64,000 bases of DNA. It comes from Podarcis liolepis. Its lineage: Eukaryota. Below, piece after piece: positions 35,922 to 48,585 of the stretch. The notes under the pieces are model-generated. The model was not told the DNA's origin. It did no database searches and saw only the letters and a list, made by a program, of their open reading frames with translations. Every line of letters starts with the position of its first letter. Within the stretch, counting starts at the first letter, position 1. The position numbers and the translations under genes were made by a program. The stretch is from NCBI GenBank assembly GCA_965112155.1, contig OZ218103.1; one strand, given 5' to 3'.

Positions 35922-36222
35922 GTAATTTTGTTTTCCCCTGCTTCCGGGTTGATAAAAGGGAGAGATTAAATTCTGTTTTGTTCCTGCTTGAGGCGGCCTC
36001 CAGTAGTTACAAAGCAATCCTGGTGTCAGCAGCTGGCATACTGGGCTGACACCTTGGGCCCTCTGGTGGCTGTATTCTCACAGCAGCCAGCCACTTCCTC
36101 CTGCACCTGCTCATGCCCTGCTACTGCAGCAGCAGCCCTTGACACAGCCACCAGCTAAGCCTGAGTGCGAGTGTATGGGGGGGGGGGGGAGGCTGGCAGT
36201 CTCCCACCTTGCTGCTGTAGTG

Positions 36223-36461
36223 CAGGGGTTGGCAAGGTTTACCTTGTCTGGGCCGGTTCACTCCAGCGGAGATCCCTCCGTGGGCCAGGATCGTGTGCGT
36301 GCCTGCAATTTTTGGCGTCTGCACAGACTACGAAAGTGAGTCCCTACACCGTGCTGGTTTGGTGCAGCACGTGGGGACTCGCCGAGCGGGTGGCTCGGGG
36401 GCCAGTTAAATGACCCCCGTGGGCCACTTGTGTCCCATGGGCCTTAGGTTGCCGACCCCTG
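36223..36461. mobile_element. hAT MITE (MER20-like ends)
   Basis: Perfect 8-bp TSD CTGTAGTG; termini CAGGGGTTGGCAA / TTGCCGACCCCTG. Confidence 0.87.
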
Positions 36462-37956
36462 CTGTAGTGCGTAGGAGCCTGTAGTGGGTTGGATACACTG
36501 GCTCCCTCGAGAAGGGAGGCTGCAGCAGGCGAGCCCAAATGCCAGAGGGCACTGGGAGGCTCTATGGAGAGCAGCCTGCCCAAGGCCTCCCCAAAACTGA
36601 AGTCAGGCCTTGACAAATCCTCTTGTGTAAAAAGATGAGAGTTGTGCTAAAGCCCAGTGGGTAAGTAGGTGGACCAGTCCATCTGTTATACCTGTGTAGG
36701 CGGTCATCTTGCACTAGCAAGTGAGGGATAGATGGATGTAGAGAATGAGAGGGCCAGTATGGACCCTTGATGTAAGAGGCTTCTCTCATATCAGCAGGTT
36801 TGACCCAAGTGTAACATCTTTAGTTTCTGCCATAGAAGAGAATAGCTGCCATGCACTCCTGTCAGAAAAAAACAAATGTGTGCTTAAGAGGCATCATCAG
36901 GGCTCTATAAGCGGCAGCTATCAATGCAGGAAAAGCCTGTAGTATACACTGCCATAAGACTACCTTAAAAGAAGTACCGTAACAGACTCCAGTCTATGAT
37001 AACAGACTGACTGACTGTGCACTTTGTACTGGGAATTACATTTCATGCACAAGAAACTCTGATTTTCCGGATGTTAACAGCCTACAAACTCTCATCATCC
37101 TTGACCATTAGCTATGCTGCCTGGAGATGATGGGAGTTGGAAGTTCAACCACTGGAGCAATACAAATTCCTCATCCATGACTTTAACGGGTTGGATGGTT
37201 GCTCTTCACACACGCAATTGTACACACTGCCTGCTATTCCTCTGCTAAACTTCCTGGCTGGGCAGCAGATGGAAAAGAGGCTCACGTTGCTTCTGTAGAA
37301 TAAGGAGTGGGGAAGCTGAGCTTCCCTGGCCACGAGAAATCATAATTTGATACCCAACTTATTTTGTACTTTTTGCACTGCTCAACTTCATTCAGCACAC
37401 GGGTTTCAATCCTATGCTTGGTGAAACTAGTTCTGGGTGGTGTGCAAGTGTGCTGCCACTCACACAAATTGCAGTCTGCTTATTTGCCTTGGGGAACGCA
37501 ACAGGATGCCTTTTCCTTGCTCATGCTAAAGTGGTGGTGGTGGGCTCTCCAATCGCTTCTATCTGACTCACAAGCTTGCTCTGAATCCTTCCAAGTACTT
37601 TGGCATGGCTAGGATGTATCCTTGAATTGTGACCATGCCTTGAATGCCTGTGTGTGTGTAGAAACCTCCCCCTTTTTTACACGCAAGTCAGTCTACTGCA
37701 CAAAACTAGAAGCTGCATCTTTTGCTCTGGCATGCAACCTCCAGGATGCCCACAGGGGAATGTGGCGCTTGAGCTGGAAAAGGCTCCTCACCTTGTGCTG
37801 CCACCAACACACTGGTTTAAAATAGCAAGGTTGAAACAAGTATGTGGTGATCAGTGCAGTTTAGCTTTGTTTACTACTATGCGCTTGGTCTGGAATACCT
37901 AGTGGCTATGCATGGAAGACCCAGATTAGGAGATTCTTTCCTCCTTTTGTTAACAG

Positions 37957-38089
37957 AAGTTGGAGATGGCTTATGCTGCTGCTTGAAGGAACCGTGCTTC
38001 ATCCAAGGCTCTACATTGTGGCAGAAGTCTAATCTCTCCCAACCAATGGTTGTAAAGAAGCCAGCTCTCAACTGGGAGGAGATCAGCAG
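37957..38089 (+). CDS. SLA2: SLA2 coding exon 6: EVGDGLCCCLKEPCFIQGSTLWQKSNLSQPMVVKKPALNWEEISS
   Basis: taacag| ... |gtactt, 133 nt. Confidence 0.95.
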
Positions 38090-38550
38090 GTACTTTATTA
38101 TTATCCTCTTTTCTTCTAGCACAGAACTCAGCACAGAGTTCCTAAGCAGTCTCTTTCTCTGGGCTTGTATGAATTCATGTTGCTGCACTATCAGCCTTCA
38201 AAACCATGTTCTGGTTGGGCATCCTTCCTCTAAGGAGAAGACAGCAATCTTTGCAGACGGTCGCTGCTGTGATGATTCACTGGTTGCAGCAAGCATAAGA
38301 CCATTTAATCTGTAGTGGGTAAATACTTCTGCTGCAAGAGAAGCATTTGGTTGTACTTGCTAATAGCAACAAGAGATAAAAGCAAGTTTCTGACAGTGGT
38401 ATGACTGGGATAAGCAGTGGGGAAGTCTGCCTGCTTTTGTGTGGGAACAATCTACCAGAATGCTATAATGAGAACGTCTTTGCGAGAGAAGGATGTTTAT
38501 CCTTCTGCTTCACGGCATATTTTAATCTTTCAATGTTTTCTCCTGTCTAG

Positions 38551-38680
38551 CTCAGACTTGTTGGCAGAAAATCCGTTAGCAGAAGACTCGCCAATTAGCT
38601 TGGGCCTGAGGGAAGCTGTCACTTCCTACCTGTTAATGACTGAAGAGCTGCCGTCAGAGGACACAATCAGTGAAAAGTGA
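38551..38680 (+). CDS. SLA2: SLA2 last coding exon: SDLLAENPLAEDSPISLGLREAVTSYLLMTEELPSEDTISEK*
   Basis: gtctag| acceptor, TGA ending at 38680. Confidence 0.93.
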
Positions 38681-38962
38681 GAAAGATGCATATACAATTA
38701 AGGCTACCGTTGGGAAGCATTTCTGGAATGTGGAAGACAGGACTTCAGTACTGACCTCTTTCTACAGTTTTTAATGCTCGCTCACATTAATTTATCTACT
38801 TAATAATTATATTCTGCTGGTCTTCCATCATGTGGCTCCCATTGCAACTACTGACCAAACCCAGACCTGCTCAGCTTCAGCAAGATGGCAGCCTCATGTA
38901 GTGAGGCCTTGATGGGCTTCATTTACGAGGACTATATATATGTATTTATAATATTTTTAAAT

Positions 38963-38968
38963 AATAAA
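38963..38968 (+). terminator. SLA2 polyadenylation signal (AATAAA)
   Basis: First AATAAA after the stop, preceded by an AU-rich tract. Confidence 0.65.
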
Positions 38969-39239
38969 ACTTGGCTGTGTATTTATGACTACTCCTATAA
39001 AGCTCTGCATTTCAGCAGAGTTCACTTCGCTCAACATCTGTAAAGGATATTTACATGGCAAACCAACAAGAACCGCAAGCCACTCAAACACCAGCAGATC
39101 ACCACAACTGTTAAATCACTCACCTTCATTGTTCACAATGGGAAAGATATAAAGCTGGTGTTGGCTACGTAACTAAATATTGCTGTGAACACTCCTGTAA
39201 TACAAGCACTATGCTACTTTGAGACAGCCAGGTGTCATT

Positions 39240-40963
39240 TAATGGTCACATAAGCTTTATTCCAAATTATTACAGCAAAATAAGTTTATCTGCTGTACAG
39301 ATGTTACACTCATATCAATAAGTGCCAATAAATTGGAGACAAATTATTCCCTGAAATTAGTCTTGGCACAAAAGCCTTCGTTTCAACTCAGAATAGTGTA
39401 ATAATTCTTTCTGAAAAAATTAGCTGGTCAAAATGTTAACTGAAGTAATTGTTACTCCTATGACAAACATTGGCTAACTGAAATTTACATAATCAATTCT
39501 GCAGCATATAAACATTACAGATTTATATCCATAATTATCAATTTGTCACTTAACAGGTCTTCAACTCACAAATGTGCTTTAATTTTAAAACTTTGGTGGT
39601 GTCAAAAACAACTGATATCAAGGTAATAAAAAATCCAACATTCAGAACACCATCAATGAAAAATAGTCCATTCTTGTCCAGCTTGAAGTAACTTTTGTCC
39701 CAGGTGTTGTCCAACACAAAAATCAATTATGGAAATATGATCTGCAGGCAAACCTTTTTTAAAAACATAACGAATACTTACAATACACCAATGTTTCCAA
39801 AAGGTACTGTATAATGTAGCTTCAACATAAGCAGCATTTTCACTTTGATCTCACAAATAATACAAATAAGGAAACTAAATAAAAGTACAAAAAGGGATTC
39901 TGAAACATACTGTTTTAACATAATGCCCCCATGCTTTGGGGACAGTACCTCATGCATAGATCTTGAGGTTCCATTTACACAAATATAAAATAAACTGATT
40001 CCCAAAACCACACATTTACAAGTCTCTACAATGAGAAAGTTTATAATATTGAAAAAGACTACTTTTCAAACTATAACCGGAATGGCAATTATTAACAGTA
40101 GGGTAGAAAACTACACCGTGTCCATCACAGACAAATCTGAATCTGTAGTACACCTTATATCTCACCGACCGTCCTGTCCCCTGCCATGAGGGTGTCTCAT
40201 CAGCACTAGGTCATGAGAGGCACAGCATGGCCAGATTTAGAAATTCAAGAATGTACAGAAGTACAACAAAAAAAAGGGTTTCCCAGTACCTTAAGTCATG
40301 CTACAATGACATGATAAATACGGAAAACAATCATTTACTAAGAAAAGAAGTGCAACCAAGTTGTGACCTTCTACTACATCTATTCAAAATAGTAGACAAG
40401 TTTCAGGTCATAATCTGCAAACCTCTTGTAACAGTTTACAATTAAATTAGACATTCATACTTGCTAGGCTTGAAAATAACGTCTTCTCTATTGATTAAAT
40501 ACTGTGGTTATGCATAAACCATTAGAAATAAAGTATGACTGTCTGGTGCACTAGTTATTTAAATAAACTATGCAGAATGTAATTTACAGCCTTGGTCAAC
40601 TAATAATTTTTGGCTCTTAGAACTTTGTTCTCCAGTGGCACAATTTTGTCAGTGTATGTATGCAAAGAACGTGAATGTTGAATTCAACAACTTGATACAA
40701 GGAGTGAAAAGTCTTATTACCAGCCTGCTCCTAGCCTCTGAAGACAAGACTAAATCCCTTTCCATAATGTTAAAAATGCCTAGCAAAAGCCAAATGAACA
40801 AAAGGTAAGGGCAACCCCATCACTTGTCTGAAGAGTGACCCTTGTCCCTAAACAATTCCCTGAAGTCAGTTCTGCATCACATGCAACAAGCATGCTATTC
40901 CATTTAACAGAGAGTGATCAATTCATGTGATGCGCTCCAGCCATCACGTAGAAGTCTCCAGTA
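39240..40963 (-). other. PHF20: PHF20 3' UTR (end approximate)
   Basis: Lies between the stop codon and the candidate poly(A) signal; U-rich on the minus strand. Confidence 0.6.
39256..39261 (-). terminator. PHF20 polyadenylation signal (AATAAA on minus strand)
   Basis: TTTATT on the plus strand at the distal end of a ~1.7 kb AU-rich, transposon-free stretch downstream of the PHF20 stop. Confidence 0.6.
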
Positions 40964-41106
40964 TCATGTGGAACAGCAAAGTGCTATTTGTTGCACTTTG
41001 CCCAAGTCTGTGAGGAGTTGTTTTATACAATGTTTGAGTTGGGGGAGTCTAGCTAGTGGTTCTGGTGGCTCCAGCTCTCCAGTATAATCCAACCAGCTCT
41101 CCAAAA
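40964..41106 (-). CDS. PHF20: PHF20 last coding exon: [47 protein letters not shown]
   Basis: ttccag| acceptor, TGA at 40964-40966. Confidence 0.97.
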
Positions 41107-41179
41107 CTGGAAGAAAAAAAGAGTAATGTTTAAAAATGTGCACACATCAGTCACTGGTAACTAATTTGTACTAGAGGAT

Positions 41180-41940
41180 TGGAAAATAGCCAACAAAATG
41201 TCATTTTTTTAAAAAGGCTCTGGGAAATCACAGGCCAGTTAGCTTAACGTTTGTACCAGGGTATCTGCTAGAAAAACGAAGTAAATAAAAATAACAAATC
41301 AGAATGGGTTCTACAAAGGGAAGAAAGTTCTGCCTCATCACATTTTGAAATTCTGCCAATAAGCACATGGATGTGTTGATCCAGTAGGATCATATGCTTG
41401 GACTTGCCAAAAGCTTTTTGTCAGGGTGGTTCCCCAAAGGTTTGTAAGTAAAAGTCATAGAGTAAGAAGGCAGGCAGTGCTATGGATTAGTAAATGGCTA
41501 AAAAGAAAACAGAAAACAGGAATAAGCTCCCACCACTTATTCACTATGGAGTGATGGTGTTATCGGAACCAGTGCTATTTAACCTCTTCATCCATAGACC
41601 TGGATTAGGGATGAACACCGAAGTGGGCAAATTTGCAGAAACCAAATTATCTGGATTTATTATAGTGAAAATTCAGGTAGACTGTGACGGCTCCAAAAGG
41701 CTCTCCTCATTCTAGATGAATGAGCAAGAAAATAGCAAATGGGGTTCAAAACTATAAAGTGGTGCACAATTAAGGCAAAAAAATTCATAGCTTCCCAAGT
41801 ACACTCTTGGGATTTCAGTTGGCAATGGCTACGCAGGAAAGGCATATATTGGGCTGTGGTGGATAGCTTAATGACAATATGAATTCTGAGCATGGCAGCT
41901 ATGCCAAAGATTTATTAGGAAAGAGGTTGAAAGAAATTTG
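41180..41940 (+). mobile_element. Degraded CR1 LINE RT fragment in the last PHF20 intron
   Basis: Remnants of RT motifs GNHRPVSLT, LDLPKAF, PVLFNLFI, KFAETKL. Confidence 0.7.
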
Positions 41941-41957
41941 AATGTGTTTACACGTTA

Positions 41958-42088
41958 CATAGAATTATAGAGTTGGAAGGAAGCGCAAGGGCCATCTGGT
42001 CCAACCCCTGCAATGCAGGAATCTCTTTGCCCAACATGGGGCTCAAACCCATGACCCTGGGATTAAGAGTCTCATGCTCCACCAGCTG
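41958..42088 (-). mobile_element. tRNA-derived SINE with a CR1-like tail
   Basis: Reversed tRNA-like head (GAGCATGAGACTCTTAATC..GGGTTTGAGCCCCA) joined to a TTCCAACTCTATAATTCTATG tail. Confidence 0.7.
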
Positions 42089-42148
42089 CTGGAAAGATAA
42101 CTTTGTAAGCTGGCAAAGGCTGTAGGAAAGGGAAGAACAAATCATTAC

Positions 42149-42320
42149 CATCCAGCTCCTTTTCAATTAAATCCATCCTATGAGTAACTTCATCTTGCAG
42201 AGACTCAACATGGGCCAGAAGGTTGAGTTGCCACTGCAGCTGGGAATTCACAACTCCTTCCTTGTCTTTCTCCAGCAGTTTTACTTCAATAGCTTCCTCC
42301 GATGTGACTTTTTCTCTTAC
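42149..42320 (-). CDS. PHF20: PHF20 exon ~17: VREKVTSEEAIEVKLLEK...WQLNLLAHVESLQDEVTHRMDLIEKELD
   Basis: tgatag| ... |gtaatg, 172 nt. Confidence 0.95.
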
Positions 42321-42901
42321 CTATCAAAATACACAAATTAATGATGCTTATAGGCATTAAATAGGCTTATAGGAATTAAATCAGTCAATGTAATTTAAAG
42401 GAAAATCTGGCTCTACAAATGGGGCTACTTCTGGAACAAAAGACAAAGTATAAATAGATACAATCCATTGTATGTATTGGTTCTCAAACGGCTTAGTTGA
42501 AAAACAAATTGGCTTCCGAATGCTGAAAACCCAGAAGTGTTCCGGTTTTTGAACGTTTTTCAGAAGCCAAATGTCTGATGCGGCTGTCAGCTACTGTTTC
42601 TAGGGTGTCTGCACCAATTGGAAGCTGCTCCTTGGTTTCTGAACGTTTCGGGATATACAAGGTTCAATTGTATATCAGTAAGTTCCTTTGTCAGATGCTG
42701 CAGAACTCTGGGTTTTATGACTACAAGCTGTTTTTCAGAGTACAGTTTGGAAAATAATATGGAGTATTAACACAAACATTAAAACAACACATATTAAAGC
42801 TTGTGTACTCTTATGGAGATGTCTTAATATATGGTTCATATACAGTCATCACAGAAGTAAGGCCTAAGAGAATCACAGAGTAAAAATACTGTTGTATTAT
42901 A

Positions 42902-43222
42902 CAGTGGTGCCCCGCAAGACGAATGCCTCGCAAGATGGAAAACCCGCTAGACGAAAGGGTTTTCCGTTTTTGAGCTGCTTCGCAAGACGATTTCCCCTAT
43001 GGTCTTGCAACTGTTCCGATTTTTTCCGCTCCCCCCCTTTTTCTAAGCCGCTAAGCGGCTAATAGCCTTTTAGCTGCTAATCCGCTAATCCTTTAATAGC
43101 TGCTAAGCCTTTAATAGCCGCTAAACCGCTAATCCGCTAATAGGGTTGCTTCGCAAGACGAAAAAACTGCTAGACGAAGAGACTCGCGGAACGGATTAAT
43201 TTCGTCTTGCGAGGCACCACTG
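42902..43222. mobile_element. Tigger/pogo-like MITE, family A
   Basis: TA TSD; terminal inverted repeats CAGTGGTGCC[C/T]CGCAAGACGAA; internal CCGCTAA repeats. Confidence 0.87.
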
Positions 43223-43926
43223 TATAGAAAATACTTCCACTCTGAAAGCTAGTTAACTTTTCTTTTCTTTTCTTTTTAAAAAAGGGGGGCACCCAAATTA
43301 GAACAGAATGTAACCTTTCTAAATAATAGATAGGCACGTTAGTTCTATGCAGCTCTCCTGACAAATAGTCTATACTCTGAAATTTCATCACAATTTTCCG
43401 ATGTGAGGGGTTTTCAGTTGCACAGGTTGTATCAAATGGAGTCCCTTGTGCTGACAGAAGGCTTTTTGATTCAGCAGAGGATTTTTCCGGTGGAATAGGG
43501 AGGGAGATGATATTACCGATTCCCCCTCCTGGTGATGCCCTCTGTATGTGTCCAAAATCTATTTTAAGGAGTTAAGAGAACCTCCGGAACAGTCTAAGAT
43601 GTGGGGAAAATCACTTCCCTTCCAGTTTCCTCTACAACTGATCAAAGAGCCTTCTGTCAGTGCAAGGAGCAGCATTAGATACAGCCTGCAATTCTCACCT
43701 TTGCATTTTATTTTCTATTGTTGGCCAGCAATGTATTATATGTATATTTCTATTTCCATTAGCAACTACTCAGAATTTCCAAGTTGTACGGACAGGTATG
43801 CTGCCTCATCCTCTGTATACAAGCTCGGCTCTTCCCTGTGCAGGGATTATCATATCTATTTGTGTTGGAGATAAGATTTTCCTTCTCCCAGCTGCGGAAA
43901 CTCAGAAATACTTCAATGCAACATAC

Positions 43927-44326
43927 CTTAGAGTAGTTATGTTTCGATTCATTTTCAAATTTGTGTATTTCTCTATCCAGCTCCCATCCTAATCTCTCTA
44001 CTATAGTATCATCTCCATTCTCTCTTATCCTATTGACACCATCATCAATGTCTGAATTTCTGGTTTCCACAACAAGTCTCTGTTCTATAGCAGGATAGTA
44101 GGCTCGAGGTTTTTGGTAACAGTGTTCACTAGTGATATATGATTCCTCTACAGAAGGAATGGTTGAAGGTTTCTCAATGGTTCCATTAAAAGTTCTGTAA
44201 CTTGAAGTCTCCTCTTTGCAACAGTTTTCATCAATATGAATGAGGCGCGTGCTGTGTGATTTTTCATCTACTTCAAGATGTTTCCAAGGCTGACACCAGA
44301 GCTTCAAGTCAGGATGTTCTTTGCTT
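43927..44326 (-). CDS. PHF20: PHF20 exon ~16: SKEHPDLKLWCQPWK...SEHCYQKPRAYYP...KHNYSK
   Basis: catcag| ... |gtatgt, 400 nt; ORF 43759..44412. Confidence 0.96.
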
Positions 44327-44829
44327 CTGATGAAAAAAGTAAATAAGTGGAAGTCAAGACTAAAAACTTTTACAGACGATTCAGATGACCTACCCCTTTT
44401 CTCCAAGAACATCAGAAGTTTTCACTTCTGCTAAGATTAACCATGGTCAAGTGTGCAGTCAACTGTAGTCAATAAACTATGGTCAGCGTAATAAAATATG
44501 GTTTAAAGTTGGTTTATTTCAACTAACTATAGTTGAGATCAGTTTGTCTAGGATTGGATGGCATGGCCAGCTGTGGTTAATTTAAGTTGACAGTGACAGT
44601 TTCTGAACTCTCCCGTTGCAGCTATACTAGAAGAGGGGGGAGCATATGAGATGGAAGGTCACTGTGTCCAGTTCTCAAGATGGGTTAGCAGCAAGGACAC
44701 ACTAGCCCATTACAAATTCAGATCTACAGTACAGAACGCCATACACAACAGAGATCTGCAATGCTAACCACACTTCTTCAAAAATCTATCAGTATGATTC
44801 AAATGAGAACTTGCAAAAACAATGCTTAC

Positions 44830-45025
44830 TGCAAAATGCTCATCTTCAGTTGAAGTCCATGCAGTACTTCTATCACTTTTTGCACATCGCCAAGAAGTTG
44901 GTGCGTAGCTACTATTTTCTTAGCATTCTGGTGGGAATAATTTTCTCCCAAAAATGTTAAGCCATGCATGTGACCACTGCACAACCACTCCTTCTCATAC
45001 CAGTATTTCAAACTGGATCTCTTAC
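44830..45025 (-). CDS. PHF20: PHF20 exon ~15: [23 protein letters not shown]...LQLKMSILQ
   Basis: cttcag| ... |gtaagc, 196 nt; ORF 44826..45086. Confidence 0.96.
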
Positions 45026-46826
45026 CTGAAGCAGAATAATGAGAGGGTAAGATTACAAAAGTAAATATATGAAAACTCTTGATCAAAAAATTCTCATGTT
45101 CTACTACTTAATCTTTATTCTCTTCCCCTGCTCCCCCAAATAATAGTAACTTCTAAAAAGGAATAGTACAAAGTCAACTTTAAAGTGCGATTGCAAAAGA
45201 AAAAAATCTACTCCCCACGCATTTGCTTCAAACAAGGATGACATTTAGTAATACTCAAATTCTCTCTTGGCTTTTAAAAAAATAGTGAATTGGATATCAT
45301 TTAACTAAAGTAAAAACTAGTGAGTATCAAAATGCAAGTCCTATGCTGCAGAATTTCATTTGAAGCCAGTCTAAGAAGGCTTGGAAGCTGGTAAAAGACA
45401 CAAAGGATGTAATCAGATCTACACTAGCACACTGAACATAGTGGAACTTTCTTCTGTATAAACACACACACAGAAATCTTTATCTGAAACTTAGTTAACC
45501 ACATCTTTGCACTTGAATATAAACACACAAAATCCTTGGCTCCAAGTGTGGAGAAAGCTACTGTCGCCACTGCACAAAAAACCTGTTTCCTTATGGCAAT
45601 GAAAAGATAGGTGCTGCTGTGACAGTGAGTTTGTTTTGGTTTCAGCAGCACCTTCCTTGTGAGGAGTGCAAGAGAAGGGAAAAGCCAGAATTGGGCTCGC
45701 CTGTTGCAGTGGTGTATTCTGGTCACCATCTCTACACAGCTGTTTCCTAGAGGCACAAGAACAGTTTTTTCCTTTTCAAAAGGTACAAATTATACTGACA
45801 GAAATCATTTGGCTGAAAACAGGTCAGTTTAACCTCTTTTCCACACACTATTATATACAACTGTCATTGCAGTGAGGACCCAAAATTGCTCATTCTCCAT
45901 TCTCTTTTAGTGGAGAAGTCACATCTCCCCTTGAATATGCAAACAGAATAGGTTCTGTCTAGCAGGGAGATGGAAATTTGGCCGATAATAATGCATAATG
46001 CATTTCCCAGAAGGTGTCAAGCTACCTCCCTGAGGGATACGATTGACTTCTGACTGGCTGGATACAGCCACCTGTCAATCAAGACCCAGCTAGGTCAGAA
46101 ACTCTTCAAAAGATGACTGTTGCCAAACAGTCTCTTGTTCCTCAACTGACCATCTGCTGCTATATGTGAGGAGACCAGAAGCCCTTATCAAAGTAGCTAT
46201 ACTGGAATAGATGAGACTTGAACTAAAATGTTCTTTTTGTTATTTTCTGCCTCTTCCATTTGCCCCCTACCTTCCTTTTCTATTCTTAAGAGTCTTCATA
46301 GAATTTAGCTGTTGGGGTCCTGAATGCATTTGAGCCCAACTCTCAGGGTTATTCCAACCTCTCATGTTATAGTCACTTGATTCATGCTGTGTGTGTGCTA
46401 TGAGAGGGAGGAACAGATAAACTGGATGCAATCTCTGCTTCCCCTTTGCAAGCATCTGCCTTGGATCCCTGGAAACCATGCCCATCTGGGGTTACAAGGA
46501 ACATGCCTTCTAGCCTCTGGCACTACTGGTCTCCCCAGAATGGCAGTCGTGGAACAAAGGGAGTAATAAGTTATTTACCTCACTTCCATTACAATCATTG
46601 TAAGTGGCTTCATTTGGAATGCTCCAAACAGTATGAATTAAATGACAAGGAAAACAAAGTTCCATCTAATGTATCGCTTCAGATGTATAATAATGTAAAC
46701 TTGCAAATTAACAAAAGATAAGTCAGTAACAAAATCAAATAGGTCATATTTAAAAGAGACAAGACAATAATAATAATAATTACTACATACTATTTGAAGA
46801 CTCTGCAACCTTAGAAATCTTTGTAC

Positions 46827-46926
46827 CTGGAGGATCTTGACAAATATAGCAGGTATATTTTTCAGGTACATTATCTTCTAATAGACCCATACAGACTCCA
46901 TGCTGCCAACAGAGACATTCTTCACA
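46827..46926 (-). CDS. PHF20: PHF20 exon ~14 (PHD finger): [33 protein letters not shown]
   Basis: caacag| ... |gtacaa, 100 nt. Confidence 0.96.
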
Positions 46927-48409
46927 CTGTTGTAAGTCAAATAAACAGAACTAGATCAATACAAAGTATGCATCACACACACACACACACAAACAAACAC
47001 TTTAAAGGTATTTTAGAGGCCTAAATACATGACTGTATGTTGCTGGTGCATATTTCTTTTACAAACAGAATAAATGAAAAAGAGAAGAGTTATTATGGGA
47101 AATTATTCTTTTTTCCCTTAAACTGGAAAATTACAAACTATGCAACATGGAAATCAGGTAGCAAGAAAATTAATCAGGAAATATCAGGTCAATATATCTA
47201 TAGAGAAATTATGTCAGAAGCAAAAACTTAAGTTTTCCCATGTGAATGTAACACCTTTGGAAGGAAAATACGACATATAGTCTTGTGTATTAGAACTAGT
47301 GGAGGCCAAATCGGCCCCAACACCTGCTGTATCAAACTAAGCATACCAAACTATTTCCCTCAATAAACTGAACTATTTCGAATCTAATCCCATTTTTTCC
47401 TGTGTTATTAATTGATCTTCTGTTTCCACCAGGATCTTCTGGTCTTTCCCTCTTATGAATCTCAAAACTCTCAGCCTATTTATCTAAACTGCTGTTCTAG
47501 CAGCAGTTGAATGGCTGGAATGTGAGCCAGATACCAGGAGACTTAGATATGTCATCCTCAGGATTATGTTAAATGAGAAGACTACATCACTACCTGCTCC
47601 CAAGCCAGGCATCATAATGGGAGAAGTAGGCCATCCTCTATCGCTACCACCATTATAGTTAACAAGCCAGGTAAACTTGGATGGTAGGGAGGAGGGCTTA
47701 TTTCTCCAGCTTCCTGAGTGAAAAATGCCTACCCCTTCTTTACACAAGCGAAGTACAGCCTTGAGTTACAGGGAGGGAGGAAGCAACATGTTTGTACAGT
47801 AATGGAATTTTGGGGGTTTTCTTAGGAAGATTAAAAGAGCTCTATGTCATTCTAAAATCTTAAGAATTTGTTCTAAGTGCTACTACATTAGCATTCACCT
47901 AAGCATGAATTGCACAAGCAAGGGTTACAGCTAAGAACAATTCAGAACATTCTTAGGGATAATATTTTCAACACAATAAAAATAAGTCAGAAAGTAACAG
48001 AAGAAGAGGCAAATGCAAACAATTAAAGTTTTTCATATCTGACACCATCTACTCTATTCTAAAACAATTTCAGATAACAGTTAAGCTCCATAGCATCACC
48101 ATTTTGTGGTTTGGTAATGAGGATTCTCTGCTATCTATCTATCTAATCTATCCATCCACACATATTATTATAAAACATGCACAAATGAATCTTCCTAATT
48201 AAGTACTGTTTGGGCACGCAGGAGAGCACTGCAATATATTTATTTATTTATTTATTTATTTACAAATGTGCAACCTAGACTTTCATGAAAATATAGCAAG
48301 GTAGAACCATACAGATCCATAAATATATCAATAAAACTTCAATATATACTTGATAATTACTTATGTGTTTCAGTTTACTTCATTACACTCACAATCTACA
48401 ACCATGTAC

Positions 48410-48585
48410 CTGAATCATAAAGTCATTTTCTTCCTCCACTTCACAAATGCACCGAACAATTTCAAAGTCATTATCGTCGTATTCAAGATCCTCATCAGGA
48501 TTAGTTGTTACATCAATGTCCTGACTGCAGTCATCGTCGCTCCAAAGCAAACTATCTGCAGATGACTCACTCAAGGTATCATCCT
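48410..48585 (-). CDS. PHF20: PHF20 exon ~13: EDDTLSESSADSLLWSDD...EIVRCICEVEEENDFMIQ (PHD start)
   Basis: cacacag| ... |gtacat, 176 nt. Confidence 0.96.

Larger units (their letters stand above)
32945..38680 (+). other. SLA2: SLA2 gene (Src-like adaptor 2, SLAP-2), complete CDS span
   Basis: 7 exons, 810 nt, 269 aa: MGSLPSRRK myristoylation start, SH3, SH2 (WLYEG..FLVRES..HYRI), Cbl-binding-type tail (GLREAVTSYL), no kinase domain. Confidence 0.95.

Noticed and set aside
42030-42088. tRNA-like sequence on the minus strand
   Set aside because: It is degenerate and fused to a CR1-like tail, so it is a SINE head and not a tRNA gene.
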